A stretch of DNA of 32,000 bases from Promethearchaeum syntrophicum. Lineage in GTDB: Archaea; Asgardarchaeota; Lokiarchaeia; Sigyniarchaeales; Promethearchaeaceae. The stretch covers positions 3,240,001 through 3,272,000 of the forward strand of contig NZ_CP042905.2 of assembly GCF_008000775.2 (NCBI RefSeq), read 5' to 3'. The notes under the pieces were generated by a model that saw only the letters and a program-made list of their open reading frames with translations, was not told where the DNA came from and did no database searches. Positions 1-8,230 of this stretch are shown here, one piece after another. The position numbers and the translations under genes were made by a program. The number at the start of each line of letters is the position of its first letter. The stretch's first letter is position 1.

Positions 1-294
1 TTGAGAACTCGGCTTTAAATCTACTTTGAACCTTATTTTATACCATTCTGCGATTGCTTCCAGAAAATCTGGCTCTCCTTGCCTTGTCGGATAATTATGA
101 TTAGTGGGCTTATTAACTTCTTCAATTAGAGCATCAACAATTAATTGTGGAGTTGGGATATCAGGATCTCCCACATCCATAGAAATCAGATCAACGCCCT
201 CTTTTTTCTTTCTTCGCTTTATTTCTGCGATTTCGGCAAATATGTAAGGAGGGAGTTTGTTTAATCGGTCGGAATATTTTAGATTTAAGGGCAT
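1..294 (-). CDS. Pyridoxal-phosphate aminotransferase, class I/II (LL-diaminopimelate/aspartate aminotransferase-like), N-terminal fragment running off the left edge
   Basis: Manual reverse-strand translation from ATG at 294: MPLNLKYSDRLNKLPPYIFAEIAEIKRRKKKEGVDLISMDVGDPDIPTPQLIVDALIEEVNKPTNHNYPTRQGEPDFLEAIAEWYKIRFKVDL... Typical N-terminus of this family; open to the window edge and absent from the ORF track because partial. Confidence 0.85.
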   Translation of the reverse strand, partial: MPLNLKYSDRLNKLPPYIFAEIAEIKRRKKKEGVDLISMDVGDPDIPTPQLIVDALIEEVNKPTNHNYPTRQGEPDFLEAIAEWYKIRFKVDLKPSSQ

Positions 295-360
295 TAAATT
301 TTCTACTCCAAATTATTGATTAAGTTATTATTATTTAATTCTCAAAATAAAAAAAAAATA

Positions 361-1554
361 TTAAACACAAAGAAGATCTTCTTTATTGTTTAACGCTTCA
401 ATTAGTAAGGGAATTACTTTATGCAGATCTCCAACTATTCCGTAATTGGCTACTGTAAAAATCGGAGCATTGGGATCTGAGTTAATCGCAATAATCACTT
501 TACTGCTTTTCATTCCCACAAGATGTTGAATTGTGCCAGAAATGCCGCACGCTATATAGATTTTCGGCGATACAGTGGTACCACTTTGCCCTACTTGGTG
601 ATTTTTCCCAATCCACCCTAACTCTATGGGAACACGACTTGCTCCAACTGTTCCATGAAAAACATCAGCTAAGTCTTGAATCAATTTGAAATTTTCTTTA
701 CTTCCAACACCTCTACCACCCGAAACAACAATATCCGCTTCGCATAAAGGGATCCCATCTTCACATACAGCGCTGAGAACTTCTTTAACCCACACACGTA
801 AGCCTTTTTCATCTATTTTTACCAGTACTTCAATTATCTCGGCATTCTCACTATGATCTTCACATAAATTCTTCATTACATTCGGTCGAACAGTTGCCAT
901 TTGAGGCCGGGTTTCAAAATCTACTATATCTGCCATAATATTTCCTCCGAATGCTGGACGGGTCTGCAGTAATTTATTTTCATAAATAGAAAGCCCAGTA
1001 CAATCTGCTGTTAGACCCAATTTTAAAATAGAAGCTACTCTTGGAGCTAGATCCCTTCCTTTAATTGTTGCGGGAAATAATACTATGTTTGGATTATAAT
1101 TTGAAATAAGTCCAATAACTATGTTCGCATATGTATCGGTGTAATATTGAAGTAGATTTTCATCTTCTGCTATAAATATTTTATCAGCACCATGAATGGC
1201 TAAATCTTTGGCGAATTTTTTAACATCACTACCAATTAAAACAAGCCCAACTTTCTGTTTTAATTCGAAAGCAAGATCTTTCGCCTTGCCAAGCAATTCA
1301 TAGGTGACAGTTCGAATTTTACCGTCCTTTACTTCAGCTACAACCCAGACATCTTGAAATTTAGACAAATCCACATTTTTTGCTTTTCTGCGCTCTAAAT
1401 CGATGGCATTGAAATTACAAACTTGAACACAAGCACCACATAAAGTACATGCTTCATTAATAACCGCTTTTTTATCTATGAGTGTTATTGCACCAAAAGG
1501 ACACGCTTTAACACACAAACCGCACCCAGTACAATTATCATTGACATTTATCAT
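361..1554 (-). CDS. etfA: Electron transfer flavoprotein alpha subunit with N-terminal 2x[4Fe-4S] ferredoxin domain
   Basis: CTGCGLCVKACP and CTLCGACVQVCN cluster motifs, then ETF alpha with C-terminal FAD-binding signature (GGRGVGSKENFKLIQDLADVFHGTVGASRV...GQVGQSGTTVSPKIYIACGISGTIQHLVGM). Confidence 0.95.
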   Translation of the reverse strand: MINVNDNCTGCGLCVKACPFGAITLIDKKAVINEACTLCGACVQVCNFNAIDLERRKAKNVDLSKFQDVWVVAEVKDGKIRTVTYELLGKAKDLAFELKQKVGLVLIGSDVKKFAKDLAIHGADKIFIAEDENLLQYYTDTYANIVIGLISNYNPNIVLFPATIKGRDLAPRVASILKLGLTADCTGLSIYENKLLQTRPAFGGNIMADIVDFETRPQMATVRPNVMKNLCEDHSENAEIIEVLVKIDEKGLRVWVKEVLSAVCEDGIPLCEADIVVSGGRGVGSKENFKLIQDLADVFHGTVGASRVPIELGWIGKNHQVGQSGTTVSPKIYIACGISGTIQHLVGMKSSKVIIAINSDPNAPIFTVANYGIVGDLHKVIPLLIEALNNKEDLLCV

Positions 1555-1555
1555 T

Positions 1556-2341
1556 CTATATCACCAAGTCCTCCGATAATTTGTCAAATAAGTTTTTCAC
1601 TGCAATTTCTGGCTCATCCGCATATATTACACCCTTTTCATTGATAGGAGGAGGATATACTTTGATTACTTGTGTAAGGGACCCTTCAAGTCCGAAATTT
1701 TCTTTGTCAACATCAAAATCGGCTACGGTCCAAGTTTCTAAAGGTTTCTTTTTAGCCATTAAAATAGCGCGCATAGCGGGATTAGAAGGTTCAAATGATG
1801 AAGGTGTAATTCCCGCAATTAAAACGGGCAATTTTGCTTCCACAATGTTATAACCATCATCTGTAACTGTTTTTGCTTCTAATCGTTTTCCTTCAATTTT
1901 TAGAACCTCTTCAACATAGGTTATTTGAGGTATACCAAGCTGTCCCGCAATTTCAGGACCAACTTGAGCAGTATCTCCATCAATCGCTTGAAGTCCTGCA
2001 AAAATCACATCAAATTTCCCTATTTTCTTGATTGCCGTTGCTAAGGTGATAGCAGTTGCCCAGGTATCTGCCCCAGCAAATGCTCGATCGCTTAGTAATA
2101 TTGCTTTATCTGCACCCAATGCCAGACATTTCATTAACGCCTTCTTCGCTTGAGGAGGCCCCATCGAAATAGCGATTATTTCATCGCCATCTTTTTTCAT
2201 TTTGATGGCTTCTTCTAATGCAAATTGATCAAATGGATTTAAAATGCTTGGAACCCCTTCACGAACAAGTGTATTAGTTTCTGGGTCAATTTTTACATCA
2301 TTGGTGTCCGGTACTTGCTTTACACATACAATATATCTCAC
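1556..2341 (-). CDS. etfB: Electron transfer flavoprotein beta subunit
   Basis: MRYIVCVKQVPDTNDVKIDPETNTLVREGVPSILNPFDQFALEEA... ETF beta N-terminus, plus GLQAIDGDTAQVGPEIAGQLG. Directly followed by etfA on the same strand. Confidence 0.95.
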   Translation of the reverse strand: MRYIVCVKQVPDTNDVKIDPETNTLVREGVPSILNPFDQFALEEAIKMKKDGDEIIAISMGPPQAKKALMKCLALGADKAILLSDRAFAGADTWATAITLATAIKKIGKFDVIFAGLQAIDGDTAQVGPEIAGQLGIPQITYVEEVLKIEGKRLEAKTVTDDGYNIVEAKLPVLIAGITPSSFEPSNPAMRAILMAKKKPLETWTVADFDVDKENFGLEGSLTQVIKVYPPPINEKGVIYADEPEIAVKNLFDKLSEDLVI

Positions 2342-2430
2342 TATGGCTCATTTCCTATTTTTTTCTTTATTTTCAATTAATTTCTACAATAAGTTTTGAA
2401 TTCTAATATTTATAATAATTATTTTTATTT

Positions 2431-2550
2431 GATCATATTAAATATTTTGAATTTCGAAATTTAAAATTGAATTTTTTAAGGATTTTATACATGATTTCTA
2501 GACAAATTCTTAACAACGAATAAAATTTTGAACCAAGTCGAAAAAAATAG
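2431..2550 (-). promoter_or_regulatory. Conserved ~120-nt element upstream of etfB (copy A)
   Basis: Gapless hand alignment to 5871..5990 gives about 103/120 identical positions. Lies 90 nt upstream of the etfB start and ends near a TGATCA palindrome (2430-2435). Confidence 0.6.
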
Positions 2551-2613
2551 ATTATTGGTATTTTAGAGTGTTCAAGAAATTATTAAAAAGTTTATTGGAT
2601 ATCAATATTATGT

Positions 2614-4551
2614 ATGAAAAAAAATATTCAAGATTTATTAAATGTCGCACAAGATATGATTGACGACGGAAAAATCTCAGAATGTTTGGAATATTTAAAA
2701 TCCTTAAAGCCAATAAAGGAATATACTGAGCGAGAAAAAACTATATTTTATACACTCAATAGTGAAATTCATTTGATTTTATTCAATATTACAAAATCTT
2801 ATGTTATAGCAAAAAAAGGGATACGCTTTGCGAGAAAAATTGAAAAGAGTATCGAATTAGTCGATGCACTCCTGATAATGGTAAAAAACTTGGTAATTAT
2901 GGGAAAAATTAGTGAGAGCATGGATTTATTGGAAGAAAGTTCAGAAGTACTAATGAATTTACCACAGGTTTCTGAAAAGGATCGTAAACGGAGATTGGGT
3001 TTAATTTTTCTTATTCAAGGTCTAAATTTCTATCAATTAGGCAAAATGATGGAAAGTAGTGAAAAGATTAATAAGTCTATAGATCTCTTACAAAAATGGA
3101 ATTCGAAAGCTAATCTTGCTCTAGCTTATGCTTTTTATGGAAATTTTTTCATGATTATGGGAGAATCTAATAAAGCTCTTAATAATCTCTCCAAAGCTCA
3201 AAAAATTTGTGAGAATAATAACTCAATTGCCTACCATCTTCCGAAATTGATGAATTTTATTGGATGGGGTATAGTATATCATTTTAAAGGTGAGCTTCAA
3301 CTAGCTGTGGAATACAATAAAAAAGTTGTATCTTTGGCTCGAAAAAGCAACAATCCAATTTTTTTATTTATGGGATTAGGTAATTTAGGTGAAATATATA
3401 AAGAATTAGAAGAATGGGATCATGCAATTAAATATCTTCAAGAAGCTTTAATCATAGCGGAACATTCCAGAAGGAGTTCGAGTATAGTAATTATTTTAAG
3501 TAATCTCTTTGATGTTTACATAAATATGGGAGATATTGTTAATGTAAAACAAGTATTTCACAAAATGGAACATTATCAAGCCGAAGAAAAAGAAAATAAA
3601 AAAATATCTCAAATTTATCGAAGTTGCAAAGCAGTTCTAATGAAAATGAGCAAAAGAACCCGAGATATAGGTGGGGCCCAAGTTATTTTTAAAGCCATTG
3701 CCCAAGAAGAAGTAATTCAAATAGATATTACTCAAAATGCAATTCTTAACCTATGTAAAATGCTACTTGAAGAATTTCAAGAAACTAAGAATTTTGAAGT
3801 AATAGAAGAATTCTCCACTTCTTTGAAACAACTACAGAATGCAACTGAAAAACACCATGCCTATCCATTATTAGCAGAAACCTATTTATTAGAAGCCAAA
3901 CTAAGCATGATAAATTTTGATTTGAAAAAAGCCCGTCAATCGTTAACTAAAGCGCAACAAATTGCAGAAAAATACGGATTAAAGCAGCTTGCTATTAAAA
4001 TATCATATGAACATGATAAGCTCCTTGAAAATCTTAAAGATTGGGATCAAATGAAAAAAGAAAATGTATCCTATTCTGAACGCCTTGAAAAATTAGATAT
4101 AAACGATAATATTTTAACGTTGTTAAAAAAGAAGCCGGCAAAAATCCCAGAAACATCTCCTGAATCTCCTATATTATTGTTAGTAATGGCAAATTCTGGA
4201 ATTCCAATCTATACTAAGATATTTAACAAGGAATGGGAAATTAGTGAAAACCTTTTCAGCAGTTTTCTTTTAGCATTCAATAGTTTCAGCCACGAAATCT
4301 TTTCAGAAGGCTTAGATAGGGCAAATTTTGGTACATATACCATCCTGATGACTGGAATGCCTCCTTTTATGACTTGTTATGTTTTTAAGGGTCAATCTTT
4401 TCTTGCCCATCAGAAATTTTCCAAATTTAATGAATCTATTCATGAATCCGATCAAATTTGGAAGAATTTAACTTCTTCTAATCGTACAGGTCAAGTAATA
4501 AAAGATGATGCAAGTGCAGGACTTGGAAAATTAGTTAAAACAATTTTTTAG
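2614..4551 (+). CDS. TPR-repeat protein with C-terminal longin/roadblock-like alpha-beta domain
   Basis: Multiple ~40-aa helical hairpins (e.g. ALAYAFYGNFFMIMGESNKALNNLSKAQKICE, FLFMGLGNLGEIYKELEEWDHAIKYLQEALIIAE). C-terminus ILLLVMANSGIPIYTKIFNKEWEISENLFSSFLLAFNSFSHEIF... resembles longin-type sensor/scaffold folds. Confidence 0.75.
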   Translation: MKKNIQDLLNVAQDMIDDGKISECLEYLKSLKPIKEYTEREKTIFYTLNSEIHLILFNITKSYVIAKKGIRFARKIEKSIELVDALLIMVKNLVIMGKISESMDLLEESSEVLMNLPQVSEKDRKRRLGLIFLIQGLNFYQLGKMMESSEKINKSIDLLQKWNSKANLALAYAFYGNFFMIMGESNKALNNLSKAQKICENNNSIAYHLPKLMNFIGWGIVYHFKGELQLAVEYNKKVVSLARKSNNPIFLFMGLGNLGEIYKELEEWDHAIKYLQEALIIAEHSRRSSSIVIILSNLFDVYINMGDIVNVKQVFHKMEHYQAEEKENKKISQIYRSCKAVLMKMSKRTRDIGGAQVIFKAIAQEEVIQIDITQNAILNLCKMLLEEFQETKNFEVIEEFSTSLKQLQNATEKHHAYPLLAETYLLEAKLSMINFDLKKARQSLTKAQQIAEKYGLKQLAIKISYEHDKLLENLKDWDQMKKENVSYSERLEKLDINDNILTLLKKKPAKIPETSPESPILLLVMANSGIPIYTKIFNKEWEISENLFSSFLLAFNSFSHEIFSEGLDRANFGTYTILMTGMPPFMTCYVFKGQSFLAHQKFSKFNESIHESDQIWKNLTSSNRTGQVIKDDASAGLGKLVKTIF

Positions 4552-4640
4552 ATTTAAAATCACCTTTTAGATATAAAACCTGATCTAAAAATACAGAATT
4601 TTTTGAGAAGTAGTAAAAAAAAAATGTAAAATTTTTAGTT

Positions 4641-5837
4641 CTATTTGTATGCTACGAAATCTTTCCCTAACAATTCACGGGCTACAATCATTTTCATAAT
4701 CTCTTTCGCTCCTTCCGCCCATGCAAATGAACGAACGGCCCGATATATCGCATTGTCTACGCATTCGTGCGTATATCCAAACGCACCTTGCCACTGCATA
4801 ACATCATTAGCGGCAGCACACGCCCAATCACTCGCAAACATCTTAGCCATAGCGATTTTTTTAGCCGTTTCAAAACGAGTAGCTTTCCCTGCTTGCTCTA
4901 AGTCAATACTTAAAAGGGCTTCAAAAGCCATGTTTTTCAGCATATGCATCCTGGTATAATGTTCCGCTAATCGGAAATTCACTTCCTCAAATTTACCCAG
5001 ATACGTTCCGAACATTTTGCGTTGTTTTATATAGTCCATTCCGTTTTCCAATGATTTCTGACCAGCAGCAGCACAAATTGCGGCAATTAAACCTCTTGCA
5101 TACTCATACCCTTCATGAACATAGTAAAAACCTTTGTTTTCCTCTCCAAGAATATAATGAGGAGGGATTTTAACATCATCAATTGAAAAACCACCACAGC
5201 TAATTCCTTCTCTACCCATATCATCAGCATATGTAGGTGTTATTCCCTTATCTGTCAATGGTAGATAAAACATAGTCATTCCACGGGTGCCCTTTTCCAG
5301 ATCTTGGTGAGCGATTGTTAAATGCCCGCCTCCATTTGTATGGGCTTCACGAACTCCACTAATATACATTTTTTCCCCGCTTACGATGAATCCATCATCA
5401 ACCTTCTTGATCATGGTTCGAGTTCCATTAACATCAGAACCAGCATCACTTTCGGTAGTAGCTATGCCTAAAAACCATTCACCACTGCATACTTTCGGAA
5501 ATATTTCTTTTTTAGCTTGTTCAGTTCCATATTTATTAAAAAGATAGCCCCAAGAAGCTTGAACCAACCAAAATACCGGAATTGAACCAGTAGGATCGGC
5601 TCTGCCCAATTCTTCACCGATTATACCTGTGGTAACTGCATCTAAACCAGCACCACCATATTTTTCGTCGGCTGTACATGCTAGTAAACCAAGTTCAGCC
5701 ATTCCTTTGATGACATCAAGAGGAATTTTCTTTGTCTTTTCCATCTCCAAAGCGATTGGAGTAATTTTAGCTTGAGCAAAATCACGGACGGATTCACGGA
5801 TCATTTCTTGCTCTTCCGTAAAAGTAAAATCAACCAT
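4641..5837 (-). CDS. Acyl-CoA dehydrogenase
   Basis: FTEEQEMIRESVRDFA N-terminus, GIATTESDAGSDVNGTRT, ISGEKMYISG, and C-terminal MQWQGAFGYTHECVDNAIYRAVRSFAWAEGAKEIMKMIVARELLG. Confidence 0.95.
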   Translation of the reverse strand: MVDFTFTEEQEMIRESVRDFAQAKITPIALEMEKTKKIPLDVIKGMAELGLLACTADEKYGGAGLDAVTTGIIGEELGRADPTGSIPVFWLVQASWGYLFNKYGTEQAKKEIFPKVCSGEWFLGIATTESDAGSDVNGTRTMIKKVDDGFIVSGEKMYISGVREAHTNGGGHLTIAHQDLEKGTRGMTMFYLPLTDKGITPTYADDMGREGISCGGFSIDDVKIPPHYILGEENKGFYYVHEGYEYARGLIAAICAAAGQKSLENGMDYIKQRKMFGTYLGKFEEVNFRLAEHYTRMHMLKNMAFEALLSIDLEQAGKATRFETAKKIAMAKMFASDWACAAANDVMQWQGAFGYTHECVDNAIYRAVRSFAWAEGAKEIMKMIVARELLGKDFVAYK

Positions 5838-5870
5838 TTTTTATGATCACTTGATTAAATTTTAGTGAGT

Positions 5871-5990
5871 GATCAAATTAAATATTTTGAATTCTGAAAA
5901 ATGAAATTGAATTTTGTAAGGATTTCTTACATGATTTCTAGATAATTTTTTAAAAACGAATAAAATTTTGAACAATGTCGAAAAAAATGA
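5871..5990 (-). promoter_or_regulatory. Conserved ~120-nt element upstream of acyl-CoA dehydrogenase (copy B)
   Basis: Near-duplicate of 2431..2550. Between it and the start codon is an inverted repeat TGATCAC-N18-GTGATCA (5844..5875). Confidence 0.6.
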
Positions 5991-6044
5991 ACCTTAGGTG
6001 GTTTAAGAGATTTACAAAAAAAATAAGGGTAAAGGAATTGAAAA

Positions 6045-6353
6045 TTAAGGTGCGCCTTTCCAATTTGCCTTTTCAACTTGCAGGAAATTTTGCTTTTCTT
6101 CTTCATTCATGAGTGCCAAGTAAATTTTAATATTCATTCCGAATGGATTTAACACATCTTGAATATTTCCAATTAACATATTCCTAACATTTTCAGGGAT
6201 ATTTGCAAAGGGAAGGTTCATCGTCATATGGACTTTATTGTCTTCAATTTTAACATCCTTTATCATTCCCAATTGAGGTAAGCAAGCATTTATAGCAGGA
6301 TGTTGCGTTTTTTCTAATGCTTGAGTTATTTCTTTTAAGAGGTTATCGCTCAT
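6045..6353 (-). CDS. MIP18/DUF59-family protein (Fe-S assembly/SufT-like)
   Basis: ITQALEKTQHPAINACLPQLGMIKDVKIEDNKVHMTMNLPFANIPENVRNMLIGNIQDVLNPFGMNIKIYLALM matches the MIP18/DUF59 pattern. ATG at 6353 preferred over the track start at 6362. Confidence 0.75.
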   Translation of the reverse strand: MSDNLLKEITQALEKTQHPAINACLPQLGMIKDVKIEDNKVHMTMNLPFANIPENVRNMLIGNIQDVLNPFGMNIKIYLALMNEEEKQNFLQVEKANWKGAP

Positions 6354-6509
6354 TAAGACCACTTAATGAATAATTATGCAAAAAATTATAAAAACTTCTT
6401 TCTTTCAAAAAATAAGATCTTACTTAGGATTATTTCGCATTATTAACACGCTACTTAATGCATGTATAACGGGGAAATTTCTTAAAGAGAACTGCATTTA
6501 AAACGATTA

Positions 6510-7214
6510 TTGGTGATTCAAATTAAAAATTCCAAGTTAAATTATATTTATAATCCACACGAAATTGAAAGCTTATTAGCAAATTTTATTCCTTATCACT
6601 ACGAAACACAAGATTTAAGAAATTCTGCAGTGTTAATTCCAATCCTTCCTATACATACCTCATCTTCAAAATCTCCAAGTTATCAAATAATAATGACAGG
6701 GAGATCCCCAAAATTGAAGCATCATACAGGAGAAATGAGTTTTCCAGGTGGAAAATTTGATCCTGCCCAAGATAATTGTTTGAAGGATACGGCTTTGCGG
6801 GAAACTTATGAAGAAATAGGGGTGACTCCTGAAAATATTAGAATTATTGGAAATTTAGATGATTTACCAACTTTAACAGGGTGGACCATTCGGGTTTTTA
6901 TTGGGCTTTTAGAGATTCCTCCCGATTTTAGATTTTCGATCAACCAAGAAGAAGTCTCTGCTTTGGTGAAAATTCCCATTGAGTATATTGCGCGGAACAA
7001 TCTTTTCTATAAAATTCCCTTTCCAAAAGATCACAATTTTTCGATGCTGTGTTTTGATTATAACGATCCAGAATTAGAGCAGAATTTCAAGATTTGGGGG
7101 GCTTCAGCCCATATGCTTCAAGAATTTTTAAAAAAAATATATAATATTGTGGTAATTAGTCCAGAATATAAGCGCCCAACCTTAAAAGAATGTTTAGATG
7201 CTGTAAGAAGATGA
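6510..7214 (+). CDS. NUDIX hydrolase, CoA pyrophosphatase-like
   Basis: NUDIX box GGKFDPAQDNCLKDTALRETYEEIGV preceded by LKHHTGEMSFPGG (CoA-pyrophosphatase-type signature). TTG at 6510 or GTG at 6513 start. Confidence 0.88.
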   Translation: MVIQIKNSKLNYIYNPHEIESLLANFIPYHYETQDLRNSAVLIPILPIHTSSSKSPSYQIIMTGRSPKLKHHTGEMSFPGGKFDPAQDNCLKDTALRETYEEIGVTPENIRIIGNLDDLPTLTGWTIRVFIGLLEIPPDFRFSINQEEVSALVKIPIEYIARNNLFYKIPFPKDHNFSMLCFDYNDPELEQNFKIWGASAHMLQEFLKKIYNIVVISPEYKRPTLKECLDAVRR

Positions 7215-7226
7215 TTGTAATTATTG

Positions 7227-7655
7227 TTAGGTTCTACTCTGAGAGAGATTCTTAATTTTTTCTTTTATTGCAATGCGCTCTTTATAACTGGTATATTGGT
7301 TATCTAAAATTCTTTTTTTACAATCATTCCAGATTTTTCTGAAGTAATAAAAATATTCCGAGATTTCTAAAATATCCCCAAAAATTACTACATAATTTTG
7401 GATAATTGAAATTTGAATATCGATTGGATATAGTTCAAAAACACGAATATCATATATTAACGAAAATTTCCCAATTAACTCTTTTTGGAGATTTATATTC
7501 GCTTTTGCATCTTTCATTCGAGAAATAACAGCCACATCATAATCTGAATCTGGTCGGGCACCTCCACTGACTTGGGAACCGAATAATACAACTTCATATT
7601 TATTTCTAAGTGAATGAAGATCAATTTGAATTTTATTCAATACTTCTGAGCTCAT
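7227..7655 (-). CDS. MNT-type nucleotidyltransferase (antitoxin of a HEPN-MNT pair)
   Basis: VVLFGSQVSGGARPDSDYDVAV (GS-x10-DxD minimal nucleotidyltransferase motif). Overlaps the upstream HEPN gene. Confidence 0.85.
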   Translation of the reverse strand: MSSEVLNKIQIDLHSLRNKYEVVLFGSQVSGGARPDSDYDVAVISRMKDAKANINLQKELIGKFSLIYDIRVFELYPIDIQISIIQNYVVIFGDILEISEYFYYFRKIWNDCKKRILDNQYTSYKERIAIKEKIKNLSQSRT

Positions 7656-8046
7656 TGATTAATTCCTCTATTTTATTTAACCAAATTTCGGTGATATCGG
7701 TGATTTCTTTTATTGAATCTAAAATTATGGAGTCATCAATTCCATTATAACGATGAACTAATATATTTCGGAGTCCATTTGCTTTTATAAGTCGTTCCCC
7801 TATTTCAGAACTCAAATTCTTGTGTTCAACCAACAAACGAATATTTTCTTTATCATCTTTAACAACTAAGCCATAATCTTTTACCAACATAGCTATTAGA
7901 TCTACTAAAGATTCAATACTTGTCTGAATTGAGTAATAAATGCCCCTTCTCTCTATTTCTTTGGTGAATCGCGTAGATATAAAAGGTATAGATTCAATAA
8001 TGTAATTTATTTTTTCTGTATAGCGTTTTAATCTCAATTCATCCAT
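7633..8046 (-). CDS. HEPN-domain (DUF86/HepT-like) toxin
   Basis: LRNILVHRYNGIDD contains RX4HXY. Size and MNT partner are typical. ATG at 8046 (MDELRLKRYTEKI) preferred over the track start at 8094. Confidence 0.85.
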   Translation of the reverse strand: MDELRLKRYTEKINYIIESIPFISTRFTKEIERRGIYYSIQTSIESLVDLIAMLVKDYGLVVKDDKENIRLLVEHKNLSSEIGERLIKANGLRNILVHRYNGIDDSIILDSIKEITDITEIWLNKIEELINELRSIE

Positions 8047-8230
8047 GCTTATATATACATTAGAATAACAAAGAGTTAAATCTTTTATTATCAAGTGGAT
8101 TAATTGATGATTTTAAAAGAAAATTCAACCTATTTTAAATAGATTTAGGAAAATATTCAAAAAAAAATCTCGAAATTGACCGAAGTTCAAAAAATTTTTA
8201 AAGTGTGCGAAATCTGTTTTACATAAGTTT

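Noticed and set aside
1581-1853. 90-aa plus-strand ORF inside etfB
   Set aside because: Antisense shadow of a confidently assigned gene; no family features.
4645-4959. 104-aa plus-strand ORF inside the acyl-CoA dehydrogenase gene
   Set aside because: Antisense shadow ORF of a strongly conserved coding sequence.
8160-8230. Possible third copy of the etfB/acd upstream element before iorA (gaccgaagttcaaaaattttt)
   Set aside because: Only a short block resembles the reverse complement of the element (GTTCAAAATTTT); the remainder does not align by eye, so it cannot be claimed without a computed alignment.
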